A DNA stretch of 62,761 nucleotides, the filler included, from Vermamoeba vermiformis (taxonomy: Eukaryota), in NCBI GenBank assembly GCA_045837725.1. It is 4 parts of 4 records of this genome, joined end to end, with 100 filler letters (N's around TTAATTAATTAA, not from the genome) between each part and the next. Parts side by side here need not be neighbours in the genome. Positions count along the whole stretch, not along the records: positions 1 to 30,386 come from JBEWZL010000133.1; 3 more parts are not named here. One strand, written 5' to 3'. Of the stretch, positions 1 to 11,336 are shown one piece after another. Every line of letters starts with the position of its first letter. Within the stretch, counting starts at the first letter, position 1. A program made the position numbers and the translations under genes. A model generated the notes under the pieces. The model ran no database searches and was not told the DNA's origin. It saw only the letters and a list, made by a program, of their open reading frames with translations.

Positions 1-88
1 GTGTAGAAATGGTGTAGCAGAGAATGTAAATATTTGTTTTATTACTAAAGTGTGCAAATGTTTTGATAATCTTTGTAACCTTAAGAAT

Positions 89-3000
89 TTAACCATGGAC
101 TGACACGTCATAATCTATACCAAGTGCAGCTAAGGTAATTGCAGCATATTCAGTTCTGGCTATAACTCGTTTAGGCTCGTATTTGAAGCAAATAAAAATG
201 TTCTGAACAACACGTTCGGCGACACGTGCCAGCGTCCACTGCAAGAAGAAATTCTTGAACGGATCAGCCAGCTGAGCAGCACCAAGACCTTTTCTCCAAG
301 AAGCACCACCAACGACAACTTCGCGCAGTTGCTTGATGGATAGTACTAGCTTCACTGACTGCGCTAGCGTTGAGTAGTTGAGCTCTATGGGTCTAAAATC
401 AGCTCCTTTGACAGCGAACTCCCATGTCACAGGGCCAAAGTTGGTAATGTGAGAGATGGCCATGAGAGGGTCTTCTTGCCCGTCTTGATTTTCGAGTAGC
501 AAAATGACTTCACTTGTTGCAGGCAAGTAATCATTCAAAACAAGCAATCTGGCAGCCTTTCCATAGGGAAATAGCAGTACATGTCGAATGGAGTTAGTCA
601 TTTTAAGACTATACAGGCACTGTTGAGTTGTCGAGCTGACTTCCTCCATGAACCCACAATCAATGAGTGTCGATTGTGCCATTTGGATGTACTCATTGTT
701 GTCCGGGACCAGCAGAAGCAAGTTAACAATGAGTGCTTCAGTTGAAGCAACTTGCATGCCATTTGGAAGAACTTGTGGTGGAGTCTGGACTTGAAACAGG
801 GTTTCAGGCAAGGCTTGGCCCCAAAATTGCATGCCACTGATGTTACTATTGGGTGAGTTGATGTTGCTTCCAAACTGGTATATAGAGTCATAATAATCAG
901 TGTTGAATGGTTGTATTCTGTAGTTAGTTGCTGTTTGAGATTCATCGTCGAGCTGCAAGTCATTGTGGGATATCAGCATTGGTTGTGCACCCATGTTTGT
1001 AGGAGGGAGTGTGGCTCGTTTGTTTCTATATGGCCAATTCAAATAGATAGTTTCTACACTCCCATCAGGAAACCTAAAGCAAAGGGTTTCTTGCTTGTTT
1101 GTGCGAAAGTGCACTTGATTCAAGTAGTAAGTTATGCCATTTGAAGCAGCAAAAGTAATACTCTCCCTTATTTCAGTAAACAACTTTGTGCCTTTAGTTA
1201 GAAGCTCCACTGGTTCAGTAGTAACAAACCAATAAATTGCCCGTGCAGTAAGAGAATTGCCTTGAGGTAGCAGGGGTTGTGATATTTCAACAACCCTTTG
1301 ATTTCTCTGATCTGATGATGCCAGTCGTACTACATCTTTGGCTCGTGCAAAATGTATACGACTCCTTAAAATTAAATTAGAAATGTGATTGCTTTGTGCC
1401 AACACTGACGTTTGGACAGATGGAGTTTGGGTATTCTTTTCTTCTACTGAATCCTCCCTTCATAATCGATTACATGTTGGGATTTTTGAGAACCACACTC
1501 AATAATGTACTTACTTTTGATTCTCTTCTTTAACTGAATCCCTCTTTGGAAAGTCTTTTACTGGACCCTAAACTTTTGGTTAATTCTGCTTTTAAATTTC
1601 TTAAAAGAGATGGCATTTAACTCACAGGCAAGTCAACCTTTTTTTGAGATTCCAAAGTGTCTTCCAAGTCACTTGATTTGTAAACTGAAAATCTACTATT
1701 AAAGTATTAGAATAATATTTGTTACCAACAACTTACTGATGAAGTGGTGGTGTCTCAGCAATTCCTTCACTGATCATTTGTTCTTTCAAAAAAAGCAACT
1801 CGTCCACAAACTCTTGATTATCTTCTCGTTTCATGGATGCTTCAACATCATCTATGAAACACTCATAGATCTCTGTCAGCCCTTCTGCAGAGAGGGTGTT
1901 GAATATCTCTTCCTCATGTTGAAGAATGTACCATGGAAGATATGAAGGACAGTGAATGTATAAGAGAACACTACCGTGGACTATTACTAGCTGATCTTTG
2001 AAATGATGAGCTATCTTCTCAATGATGAGAGTTTTTGAAGCATATTCAGTAAAAGCCTTGATGGGAGATGGTTCAAACTTGAAGCAAATAAACATATTCT
2101 GTTGAATATTTCTAACTATTCTGTCATGAAGAATCCATTCTGACATAAAATCAGTGAATGTCTCAACTAAGTTGTCATAACACTCTTGTTTCTTGCAGCT
2201 AGCACCTCCAACTATTCCATAAAGTTCATGGATAGAAAATATCTTCTTTACAGAGCCACTTAGCGTTGAGTAATCAAGTTCTAAGTCCCCAAAAGTAGCT
2301 GTTTTCAGAACAAACTTCCAAATGGTGTCTTTGATTTCATCATTGAAAGCTGTTTTGACATTAATTACTTGTGTTATTGCCACAATGTCATTTTGCTGTT
2401 CCATTTCATTCTCCAGAAGCAAAATGACTTCACTTGCACGGGGTAAATAATCAGACAATTTGCGAAATCTGCTTATGTCACCATAGGGAAACAGCAAAAT
2501 ATGGCGTTCTTTGTCTATCAGATCCAATTCACTATAAAGTTGCTGCTGAGTGTTCGAGCTGACTTCTTTCTTGAATCCCAATTTGAGTAAGGCACAATCA
2601 ACCATATCAACATATTCTTCAAAGTCAGGAACTAAAAGAAGTATATTGATGATGAGGGGCTTGCTTGACGGACGTTGTAGACCATCACCATAGGCAATTG
2701 GGGGTGCAATATGAGCTGTACATATTTCAACACTTGTCTGTTGAGGGGGTGTGTTGTGCTGTGCATCAGTAGGTTGATTCGTGTTGTTGCCTGTCCCATA
2801 GGCTATCATTGAAGGTTTGTCTTTTGTTTGTTTGTCAAATTCAATGTGCATCACAATATTGCTATTGGAAAAAACAAACTCAAGTGCCGCTGGTTGTGAA
2901 GACTTCATTTCTATTTGAGCAAGGTAATGAAGGACTCCATAGCCATCCATATATTCAAAACACTCCTTCCAGACGAATGAGTCGGGATTACTGAATCGAG

Positions 3001-3417
3001 GAGTAATTTGTTCTAGTGCGATGAACCAATAGACTGTGCGAGTTGCAAGTCGATTGTCAGGAGGTAGAGGGCGAGCCTTTTCAAGGATTTTTTCGCTCCG
3101 CTCCTGTCCTGGACGTAGTCTTGAGCCAAGATCTTTTACTCGCACACAGCGGAGGTGACACCTACATAAACGTTATTACGCCAAGCGTCTGGTTTGTTGA
3201 TTATAAATTAAGCACATACTGGGTACTCGCTTCTTGTGGTTGTTCTTGAACGCCATCATTCAGATCTGCAACATTTCAAAATTAATATTGTTGTATTTAA
3301 ATAAGTGTCTAATAGTCATAAATTTTTTAAAATAATTGTAAATCAGATTAATAAAGATTCTGACTGACAGATTCGGATTTGGATTTAAATTAGAATTTAA
3401 AGAGAGTGCTTACCCAT
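89..3417 (-). CDS. Family B gene B1: two tandem [N-domain + degenerate Ras-like fold + alpha/beta domain] modules, second module truncated, no protease-like domain
   Basis: ATG-G|gtaagc at 3417-3414 splices into ORF 1733-3145. Three small in-frame exons (1695-1626, 1567-1515, from 1457) with GT-AG introns link it to ORF 89-1405. Both ORFs share YWF, NxLLLVPD, YLPxxSEVILLL, GGAS and CFK[FY]EP motifs with 12049-12948 and 14619-16622. Confidence 0.65.
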
Positions 3418-3841
3418 TAATATTTATGCCACCAAATTTTAGTACACGTATCTCACTCGGGTGTGCTGTTTGCTGCTTTTCAAAAACCGTGCAAATAAAA
3501 TTCAAGATCGGTCACGAAACTAAAACGTCATTAATATTAGATCTGGCCAGTTATCTGAGAAACTAACGTAAGTTTCAATGGTTGTGTTATTGTATGCCAG
3601 TGTAAAGTAATATCAGGAGGTGTTGTGTTTGATAAATCGAATCAATTCAATTCTTTTGCCAGGGCTTTTTTTGTGTTGGCCGGAAAAAAATGCGAAGAAT
3701 TTAAATCAAATAATCGCCCAGCCTAGCCCATCAGCTACAATCTTATAACGTTAGTGATCATCATTATCTACCAGGTACTTACGAGACCCAAAAATTTTAG
3801 GCAGTTTATTAGGAATAAATAGCACAATAGTATGTCACTTC

Positions 3842-5329
3842 TCAGGTAGGTTCTACAGCTCTAGGGTACAATCGATTCAAACTCTCGTGCAAATTCTTGT
3901 GCGGATAAACATCGGGCTTTTTTGACCAGATGAACTTCGTCACCTGGTCGTAGCTCCATGTAGGATTAGTCTTATAGAGATAGGCTATACCGATAGACCC
4001 TGACCGTCCTATTCCCGCCCTGCAATGCACCAAGACTTTGCGTCCGTCAGCCAACATTTGCTCGATCCAATCCACTGCTTGAGCAACGAGTGGAGTTGCG
4101 ATCGGATGAGAAGCTCCGTCTAATCGTACAACAATTTGTTAGTTCGCTATTAATATATGTAATCAAAAACTACATAAGATGAATTTCTCGTGCGAGAAAC
4201 AAATAAACTAAACCGGATCTTTGTTCAAGATCGGATGTGTTTTGAGGCCTCAATGAAATTAAATGCTAGTATATTTGCGAATATTTAAAATGCGTACCAG
4301 GGACAGGAATCTTTTTGTATTGAATCGGCGCCACGCCCTCAGTAGCAGGAATTATGACGTCAAGTTCCTCAGCCATGTTCAGAATTGCTGTAAAGCCTAA
4401 TGAAGCGGCCTATAGACAATACGATATCAATTAATATAACTGCTAGTATACAATATTTTCAAGTCGGATGCGTACCTGGTTCGCGGCAATAAAATTTCCA
4501 ACAAAAAAGTTCGGTGCTACTTCGTTGTATTGTGGTCCCTGTGTCCACTTAGAGTTAGGGTTAGGCGGGAACACGTCCACGATTGCATTAGAGCCATATG
4601 AACCGATCCAGATCCAATCTAAGAAAAAAGTTCAGATCCGATTAAATACTTGTATGACGGCAAAATAACAACAAGTTCGTCATATTGGTAAAGTATCTAT
4701 TATTTAGTAATGTACATACCTCCTTTATTGTTGCGGATCCTCGACGTGAACTCGAACTTGCCCTCTGTCGTGCACATGAGAGTAGTTTTGAAGTTGTAAG
4801 AACTGTTGCTCGAGGGAGTAAAATACGTTGATCGTTCAAGCTCCATTGGAATATGATGCCAGCGACCATCAGGATTAGCTTGGTGGATTAGATTCGTGAC
4901 CTCGAAAAAAATTTTGGTTATTTGCGTTGCAATAAACTCTGCAAGCTTGGAAAATACAAAATAATAATTTCCTAATGCTCGTGCTAAGGTGATGAAGAAA
5001 GCTTACTAACTCAGCAGCAATAAGATCTTCGTGCACGACTCGGGATTGGAGCTCAAGCTGTACACGCACCGTTAAAGCTTCTAGCATGTACATCATTGTT
5101 GTCGAATTGCTCGATGGCTTCATAGTTAATGCGGTAATAATTGCGGCAGGCTCATTGTTGGCCATCAGCGGATTTCTAGCATCTAGTGGAGTGGCTGCCC
5201 TAAATGGGTAAAAATTGAGCAAAAATTAACACGAATTAATTATATTTTATTATTGTAAAGGCATTTTAATTAAATAAATAATTAAGTTCATTGCTCTGCA
5301 CCTTACTTTTCTATCGCAGAATGATTCAT
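3842..5329 (-). CDS. Dual-specificity phosphatase with an N-terminal beta-rich (possibly carbohydrate-binding) domain
   Basis: Catalytic motif VHCRAGIGRS (HCx5R) in the last exon. Spliced upstream exons give EVAPNFFVGNF, AILNMAEE and the acid loop PVP-DG. ATG at 5329 is followed by a gtaagg donor. Confidence 0.85.
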
Positions 5330-5631
5330 GTGGCCAATATCAATTAATTAATCTACTGGTAGGTTTTCAAGCATTGTTGCTGTTTTTATGCAATGTCAAC
5401 TTAAATGAAATCAATCAAACAATGGATTCCAGTTTTCCGCAATCGCAATGGTTCAATAAAGAGCAAAGACCTAAAGATACTTAACAATATGAGTTGCAAG
5501 TCGCTCGTGCATTTGCGCAAAATAGAAAAATTGGACGACAAAAGGAATTGTCTCGTCTTTGTCCCATCCGGTTTATACCACCTGTCAATCGGTTGTTGGA
5601 GTTCATTTTTGCAACGACACGTAATTAAAGA

Positions 5632-8267
5632 ATGCAGAAGGTGCATATTCGGCACTTCTTCAGGCTATACGTGCCTTTAGCGTGCCCTCCGGGGTATCAA
5701 CTTCAGATGTTAACTCCGCCGGATAATCCATTCGGCTTTGTTCTTAAAGACAAGGCAACAAATCGGACGCACAATTATCACTTAGAATTATTCTGCATTG
5801 CTGATGACGAAAAGCCCTCAAGATCCTACGAAAACTGGGCGACTTGGGCAAAGCGAAGTCCGATCTGCTTTCAAACGACGGAGAATGATCAAATTGAAGG
5901 AGTATTAATTAGAATTAAAGTAAATCATGGAGTATTTGATTTTAGAAAATTAAATGAGCAACTGGCGCGGATAGCACTGAACTATTCCGTGGATGGAATT
6001 CTACAACAACGTGCAGCCTCTCCGATTATTAAAATCTTGCCTAAAAGACGAACAGCTGCAGATGAAGATGAAGGTAAGCCCTAACTAGCGTCCTAAAATA
6101 CTTAATCTGGACTTTACGTGGCGTGAATCATTAATGATTACGGATAATATTTGCATAATCGTGATTATTTACATTATATTTTATAGTATGTATTCCCATT
6201 AATTGGGAACCAAACACGGGAAGTGGCATTAACGATCCGTCATCCCTGTCGGCTAGCAGCCAAGGCCTCAATTCCGACAATTACAATCCATTCGATGTTT
6301 CTGGCTCATATTCAAGCTATGATAGCCCTGATGACCAATTGTAAGCTTGCCTAACCTTCTGTATACAAAAGATTATTTTTAACCGTTGGATTAGAAAGAC
6401 GTCTTCAGTGGTCGCCGAAACTTCTTCAAATTCAGCGAGTCCCGTGCCCGAGGATGTTAATAAGTTCTAGTAAGTTCGATAATCAATTATGCTAGTTTTG
6501 GATCTCTAACTCTTTTTTTTTAGCTCTTCGTCACCGGATGATTACGAGCAAATGCAAGGCTTTAATACCAATAACATTGATTACGCCATGCAACAACGAG
6601 CAGAGTTGCAGTACATTTCACCGCAAAATGAGAATTATATGGTACTTTACAACGGCAATGCAGAAGTCGTTGGTAACTTCAGAGCATTGAACTTCTACAA
6701 GTCATCAGACATCAATATCAAAGAGGACATCAGGCTGCTCGTTGAAGGTACGTACGAGGCATTGGCTATGGCACTTTGCACTGCCTACCATCAGCATAAT
6801 CGTGCGCGTAATTCATGACTGACACGTGTCATTTATGGTACTTCAGACCATGACTGCCGTGACACTTTGCTTCAAATCGACGGAGTAAACTACAAGTTCA
6901 AGCAAGGAGTGCATCCAGACACGAACAGACGATTTGTTGGCTACATTGCACAACAAGTGGAGAGTGTTGTTCCTGAAGCTGTTCAGCTCATTGATGGTGA
7001 GTTCCATCCAGTCAATAAGCCCTGTTAAACTAATTAACTTCATATAGGTGTGCTGCACGTTGACTATGAGTCTCTGATACCATATCTAAGCGAGTCTATC
7101 AAGCAGAACTTCAATGACATCAAGGATGTTAACGCGAAGGCAGATCGGATACAGCAAGCTATTGACAGTATGTACGAGCAGTTTGTGAAGAAAGAAGACC
7201 TCAAAACACCAGTTGCTGTCACTGAGAGCAGCAGACGAGGTACCAAGAGACCAGCTCCGAGCAAGAAGGGCCTGAGCACGCTGTGGAAGACTATAATCAT
7301 TATCAGTATTGTAGCGACGTGTGCAACAATAGGCCTCGTTACCTACTTAGTGGTAATGTCACAACATCACGATCCAGTGCCTAACACCCCGCCGAGCGTG
7401 CCTGAAATACCCCTCGAACCCGTTGGGGAAGAAAAGTCTGCTACGTTCATCGCACTGAAAGAGTTTTATGAAGCAACGAACGGACCGAACTGGAAGATAC
7501 GAGATAACTGGCTGAACACGAGCGTTACTGTATGCAAATGGTTTGGCGTCAAGTGCAAGAATTCTGCCGTTGTGGAGCTCAATTTACCTTCCAATAACTT
7601 GGTGGGAACCATCCCAGACTCTTTTTCCGAATTAGGAAATTTAACACTGCTCAATTTGACGAACAACTTACTAGAAGGATCCCTTCCCGCGGTAGTATTA
7701 GAGAACAAAGAGCTTCGAACTTTGATTTTCGGCGGAAATAAGTTCAGTGGCACGATACCGAAAGAATATATTCAAACTAGCCTCATAGTTATGGATCTCA
7801 GCAACAACGAGCTTTCGGGTACTATTCCGGATTTGATGGGCATACAATTAGCGATGGTCGAGCTGAACCTATCAAGAAACAAATTTACCGGCGTGATCCC
7901 GCAGTTTGTCATCTCGAGGCTAGATCTGAGCCACAACCGCCTCGAAGGCACGATATCTCTTTCATGGTCAACAACGCACTTGAACTTGTCTAATAATAGC
8001 TTCTATGGCAACCTCCATACCATTACGGAAATGTCGAGTTTGGTAGTGCTAGATCTGTCGTACAATAACTTCAACGACACGCTGGTGCTCAGTTCCGATC
8101 AGTTAAAAACACTAACAGTGTTTGATGTATCGCATACGAAGATCAAACACTTGGTGGAGCAAGAGCCTAGTCCGAGTCCAAACTTCAACAGATGTGACGC
8201 GAGCGGTACTCCGTTCATTTGCCCGCTGCCGAGTTGGGCAGCTAAATGTAAAGCCACCTGTAGCTAA
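5632..8267 (+). CDS. Family A gene A1: MYRF/MrfA-like membrane-tethered factor (putative DNA-binding domain, Peptidase_S74 chaperone, coiled coil, TM, LRR ectodomain)
   Basis: Spliced model. Exon 1 (5632-6073) is a beta-rich domain ending SPIIKILPKRR, then S/D/N-rich exons. Chaperone reads NFYKSSDINIKEDI/…FVGYIAQQVESVVPEAV/…VDYESLIPYL (Ser 6705-6707, Lys 6720-6722). TM is TIIIISIVATCATIGLVTYLVVM, followed by a CxWxGVxC cap and LxLxxNxLxGxIP repeats. Confidence 0.85.
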
Positions 8268-8416
8268 TTTATGTTAATAGTTTTTGCTGTAAATAATAAC
8301 GATTCACTACACACCCTTTTCAATGTGCTTGCATAAGAAATACAACTCGCGAGATCTCGGGGTGTCACCCATTTGACGTCTATCGCGACACGAAAACAGA
8401 ATCATTGTCTTCCTCC

Positions 8417-11073
8417 ATGCAGAAAGTACACGTAAGAAATTTATTTAGGGTGTACGTACCCTTAGTTTGCCCTGTTGGCCATCAAGTGGACCGACTAACA
8501 CCAAATCCGGGCAATAATCGTTTCGGTTTTTCACTCAAAGACACAGCAACAGGCCAAGTGCATGTATATCAACTGCAATTATATTGTTTAGCCGACAGAG
8601 AATATGCCGAACGCACTTATGAGGATTGGGCAACGTGGGGAAAAAGGCATCCGCTCAGTTTTCAAAAGAACCCTCAAACCGAGGAAATTGAAGGTGTAAT
8701 AATTAGAATTAAAGTCAGCCATGGAGTATTCGATTTTAGAAAAATGAAAGAGCAGCTCGTAAGAATATCAGCAATTTACTGCGTGGATGGAGCGAACAAG
8801 AATCAAGGAGTATCTGCGCTATTCAAAGTATTGCCAAAGCGAAGACATGGAAATGATTTAGATAGCGATGGCGGCGATGAGGGTAATTATTATTTTGTTT
8901 TAGCCGCCATCTCTGATGGGACCCAATTCCCATTTTAGTTTCAAACTTCGTTGTTAGGCTCAAAAGTATTTACACGTTATTATAGTTAGGCTATCAATCG
9001 ACTGGGATCCTCTTACGAGTGAACCTAAGCCCGATCAAAGCGAGGCACGTGCGGATATGGATACAACAGCGAATATTGCAAACGCATCGCACGATTATTA
9101 CACGAGCCCTTCGATAGAATCATACGCAAGCTCTACGAGTTACATAGCGTAAGCATCAATAATTTCGCTCCGCTAAGGCGTTATTAAAACTCCTGTGTTA
9201 CTTAGGCCTGGTTCCAATACAAATGTAGTAATATCGAATAGCCCTCAGCAAGAACTATTATCTGGGCATTAGTAAGTTAATTACCAGTACCAACGCTTTC
9301 AATTTAAGGCTTGCTAACCCGCCGCATCTAGTTCCGACTACGAATTGCTAATGTTTCCTAACCCAAATCTACCAACCTTGCAACAACATTATTCTCCTTA
9401 CGAAGATATACCACAGCAGGTGCAGAACGAGAATTACATGGTACTTTACAACGGCAACGCCGAGGTGATCGGAAACTTCAGAGCATTGAACTTCTACAAG
9501 TCATCAGACATCAATATCAAAGAGGACATCAGGCTACTTGTTGAAGGTACTTAGGAAGCGTTAGCTATAGCACTTTACGCTTCCTACCGTCAGCATAATC
9601 GTGCATGTAACACATAACTGACACGTGTCATTTCTCGACTTCAGATCACGATTGCCGTGACACTTTGCTAAAGATCGACGGTGTTGACTACAAGTTCAAG
9701 CAAGAAGTGCATCCAGACACGAACAGACGATTTGTTGGCTACATTGCACAACAAGTGGAGAGTGTGGTTCCCGAGGCTGTTCAGCTCATTGATGGTGAGT
9801 TCCATCGAGCCTACTGTGGTAAATTAGTATATTGAACTGATGATGATATTTTCTAGGTGTGCTTCATGTCGATTATGAAGCTTTACTACCATATCTGAGT
9901 GAATCGGTTCGTGCCAATTACAACGACATTCGAAACATTAAGACAGACAAAACGAAGTTCCATCAAACTTTTGATTCGATATACGAAGAGTTCATCCAAA
10001 AAGAAAAGACGAAGAAAGCCAAGAAGGAGCCTGTGAAGACAAAAGAGAACGAATCTGGCGAATCCGGTCCAGGATTCAGCACGATCTGGAAAGTTATCAT
10101 CTTGATAGCCGGTCTCGCCATAGTAGGTGTTGGTGCGATGATTGCAGTCATGGCCATTCCTGGACATATTACTCATGTTCCTACGGACCCATTGACGCCT
10201 GCCCACTTGAGTCCTGCTGAACCTCAAGATCCGCTGATCGAGCGCGTCTTCAAAGACCTTTATCTCTCTACAAGTGGCCAGAATTGGAGACATAATATTG
10301 GCTGGCTCAACAAATCTACACCTATTTGCACGTGGTACGGCGTGAGCTGCACAGGCAAATCTGTTACGAAGCTAGCATTGCAAGAAAATGGTCTCAGCGG
10401 CACAATTTCATCGAGCTTGTTCGAATTAACAACGCTAATTGAAGTGGATTTATCTGGCAATCATATCAGCGGAACTCTGTCATCGGACATTCCTGCATTG
10501 ACACAATTGCAAGTGCTTCAACTTCAACAAAATGACTTGACCGGCACGATTCCTGAAGAACTCGCGCACATGGCTTCACTTAGTACCCTCCGACTGGACA
10601 ACAATAGATTCAGTGGAACCATTCCTGCGAGCATTGTCAGCGCACCACAGTTGCACGAAGTTAAGCTTGCAAACAATACACTTACAGGCACTATTCCCTT
10701 CGTGAACTTCACGCATCTCGACGTTAGCAATAACCTCCTTGAGGGCTCGTTACCTCAGTTTAGTGCCGTAACGACTAACCTCAACATTGAGAACAATAAG
10801 CTCGTGGGCGATGTCGCGAACCTGAGCAACTTGACTGGCATTGTTTCGCTGCTCATGGGCTCGAACAACTTGACTGGCACATTAAGCTTCAGCGAAACAC
10901 AGCTGCGCACGATTAAAGTGCTTCGTATGGCCCACACGTCGATCAGCAGCATTGAACAGACCCAATATGTACCGGGCAGACCGTCTTTCAAGTCTTGTGA
11001 CATGTCGCACGTGCCTTTGAAATGTCCTTTGCCAAATTGGGCTATTTCTAGCTGTAATGCCAATTGTAAGTAG
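8417..11073 (+). CDS. Family A gene A2 (same architecture, N-domain class shared with A1)
   Basis: MQKVHVRNLFRVYVPL…KVLPKRR; SSDINIKEDI with Ser at 9504-9506; GYIAQQVE exon; TM VIILIAGLAIVGVGAMIAVMAI; CTWYGVSC cap, LRRs, Cys-rich C-cap. Confidence 0.85.
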
Positions 11074-11336
11074 AAGAGTGTAAAATAGCGTGTATAAAAT
11101 TGTATGATTAGGCCTTGGGTTGGATCAGAACTGAATTAAACCTTGTTTGGAGTAATTGGAAGTTATTCGCTATACAGCGCTGTATGGAGGTTACTGCGTA
11201 CTTAGATCTGTTGGTCGAACCCTGATGAATTGGCTCCTCGGAAATGACAGGGAGGCAATTCATTTTAGCTTCGAAAATCGACATTTCTTCTCTGTAGAGC
11301 GTTGGTCGCCAACAACACTAATGCAAATAAGGCAGC

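Noticed and set aside
6639-7140. Prophage or tailspike gene, suggested by the Peptidase_S74 motif
   Set aside because: The motif is split by spliceosomal introns and sits in eukaryotic TM-LRR genes; there are no phage structural genes nearby.
7050-8267. Stand-alone LRR receptor kinase or receptor-like protein
   Set aside because: No kinase and no signal peptide; the TM precedes the LRR, and the ORF begins at a splice acceptor continuing the chaperone domain.
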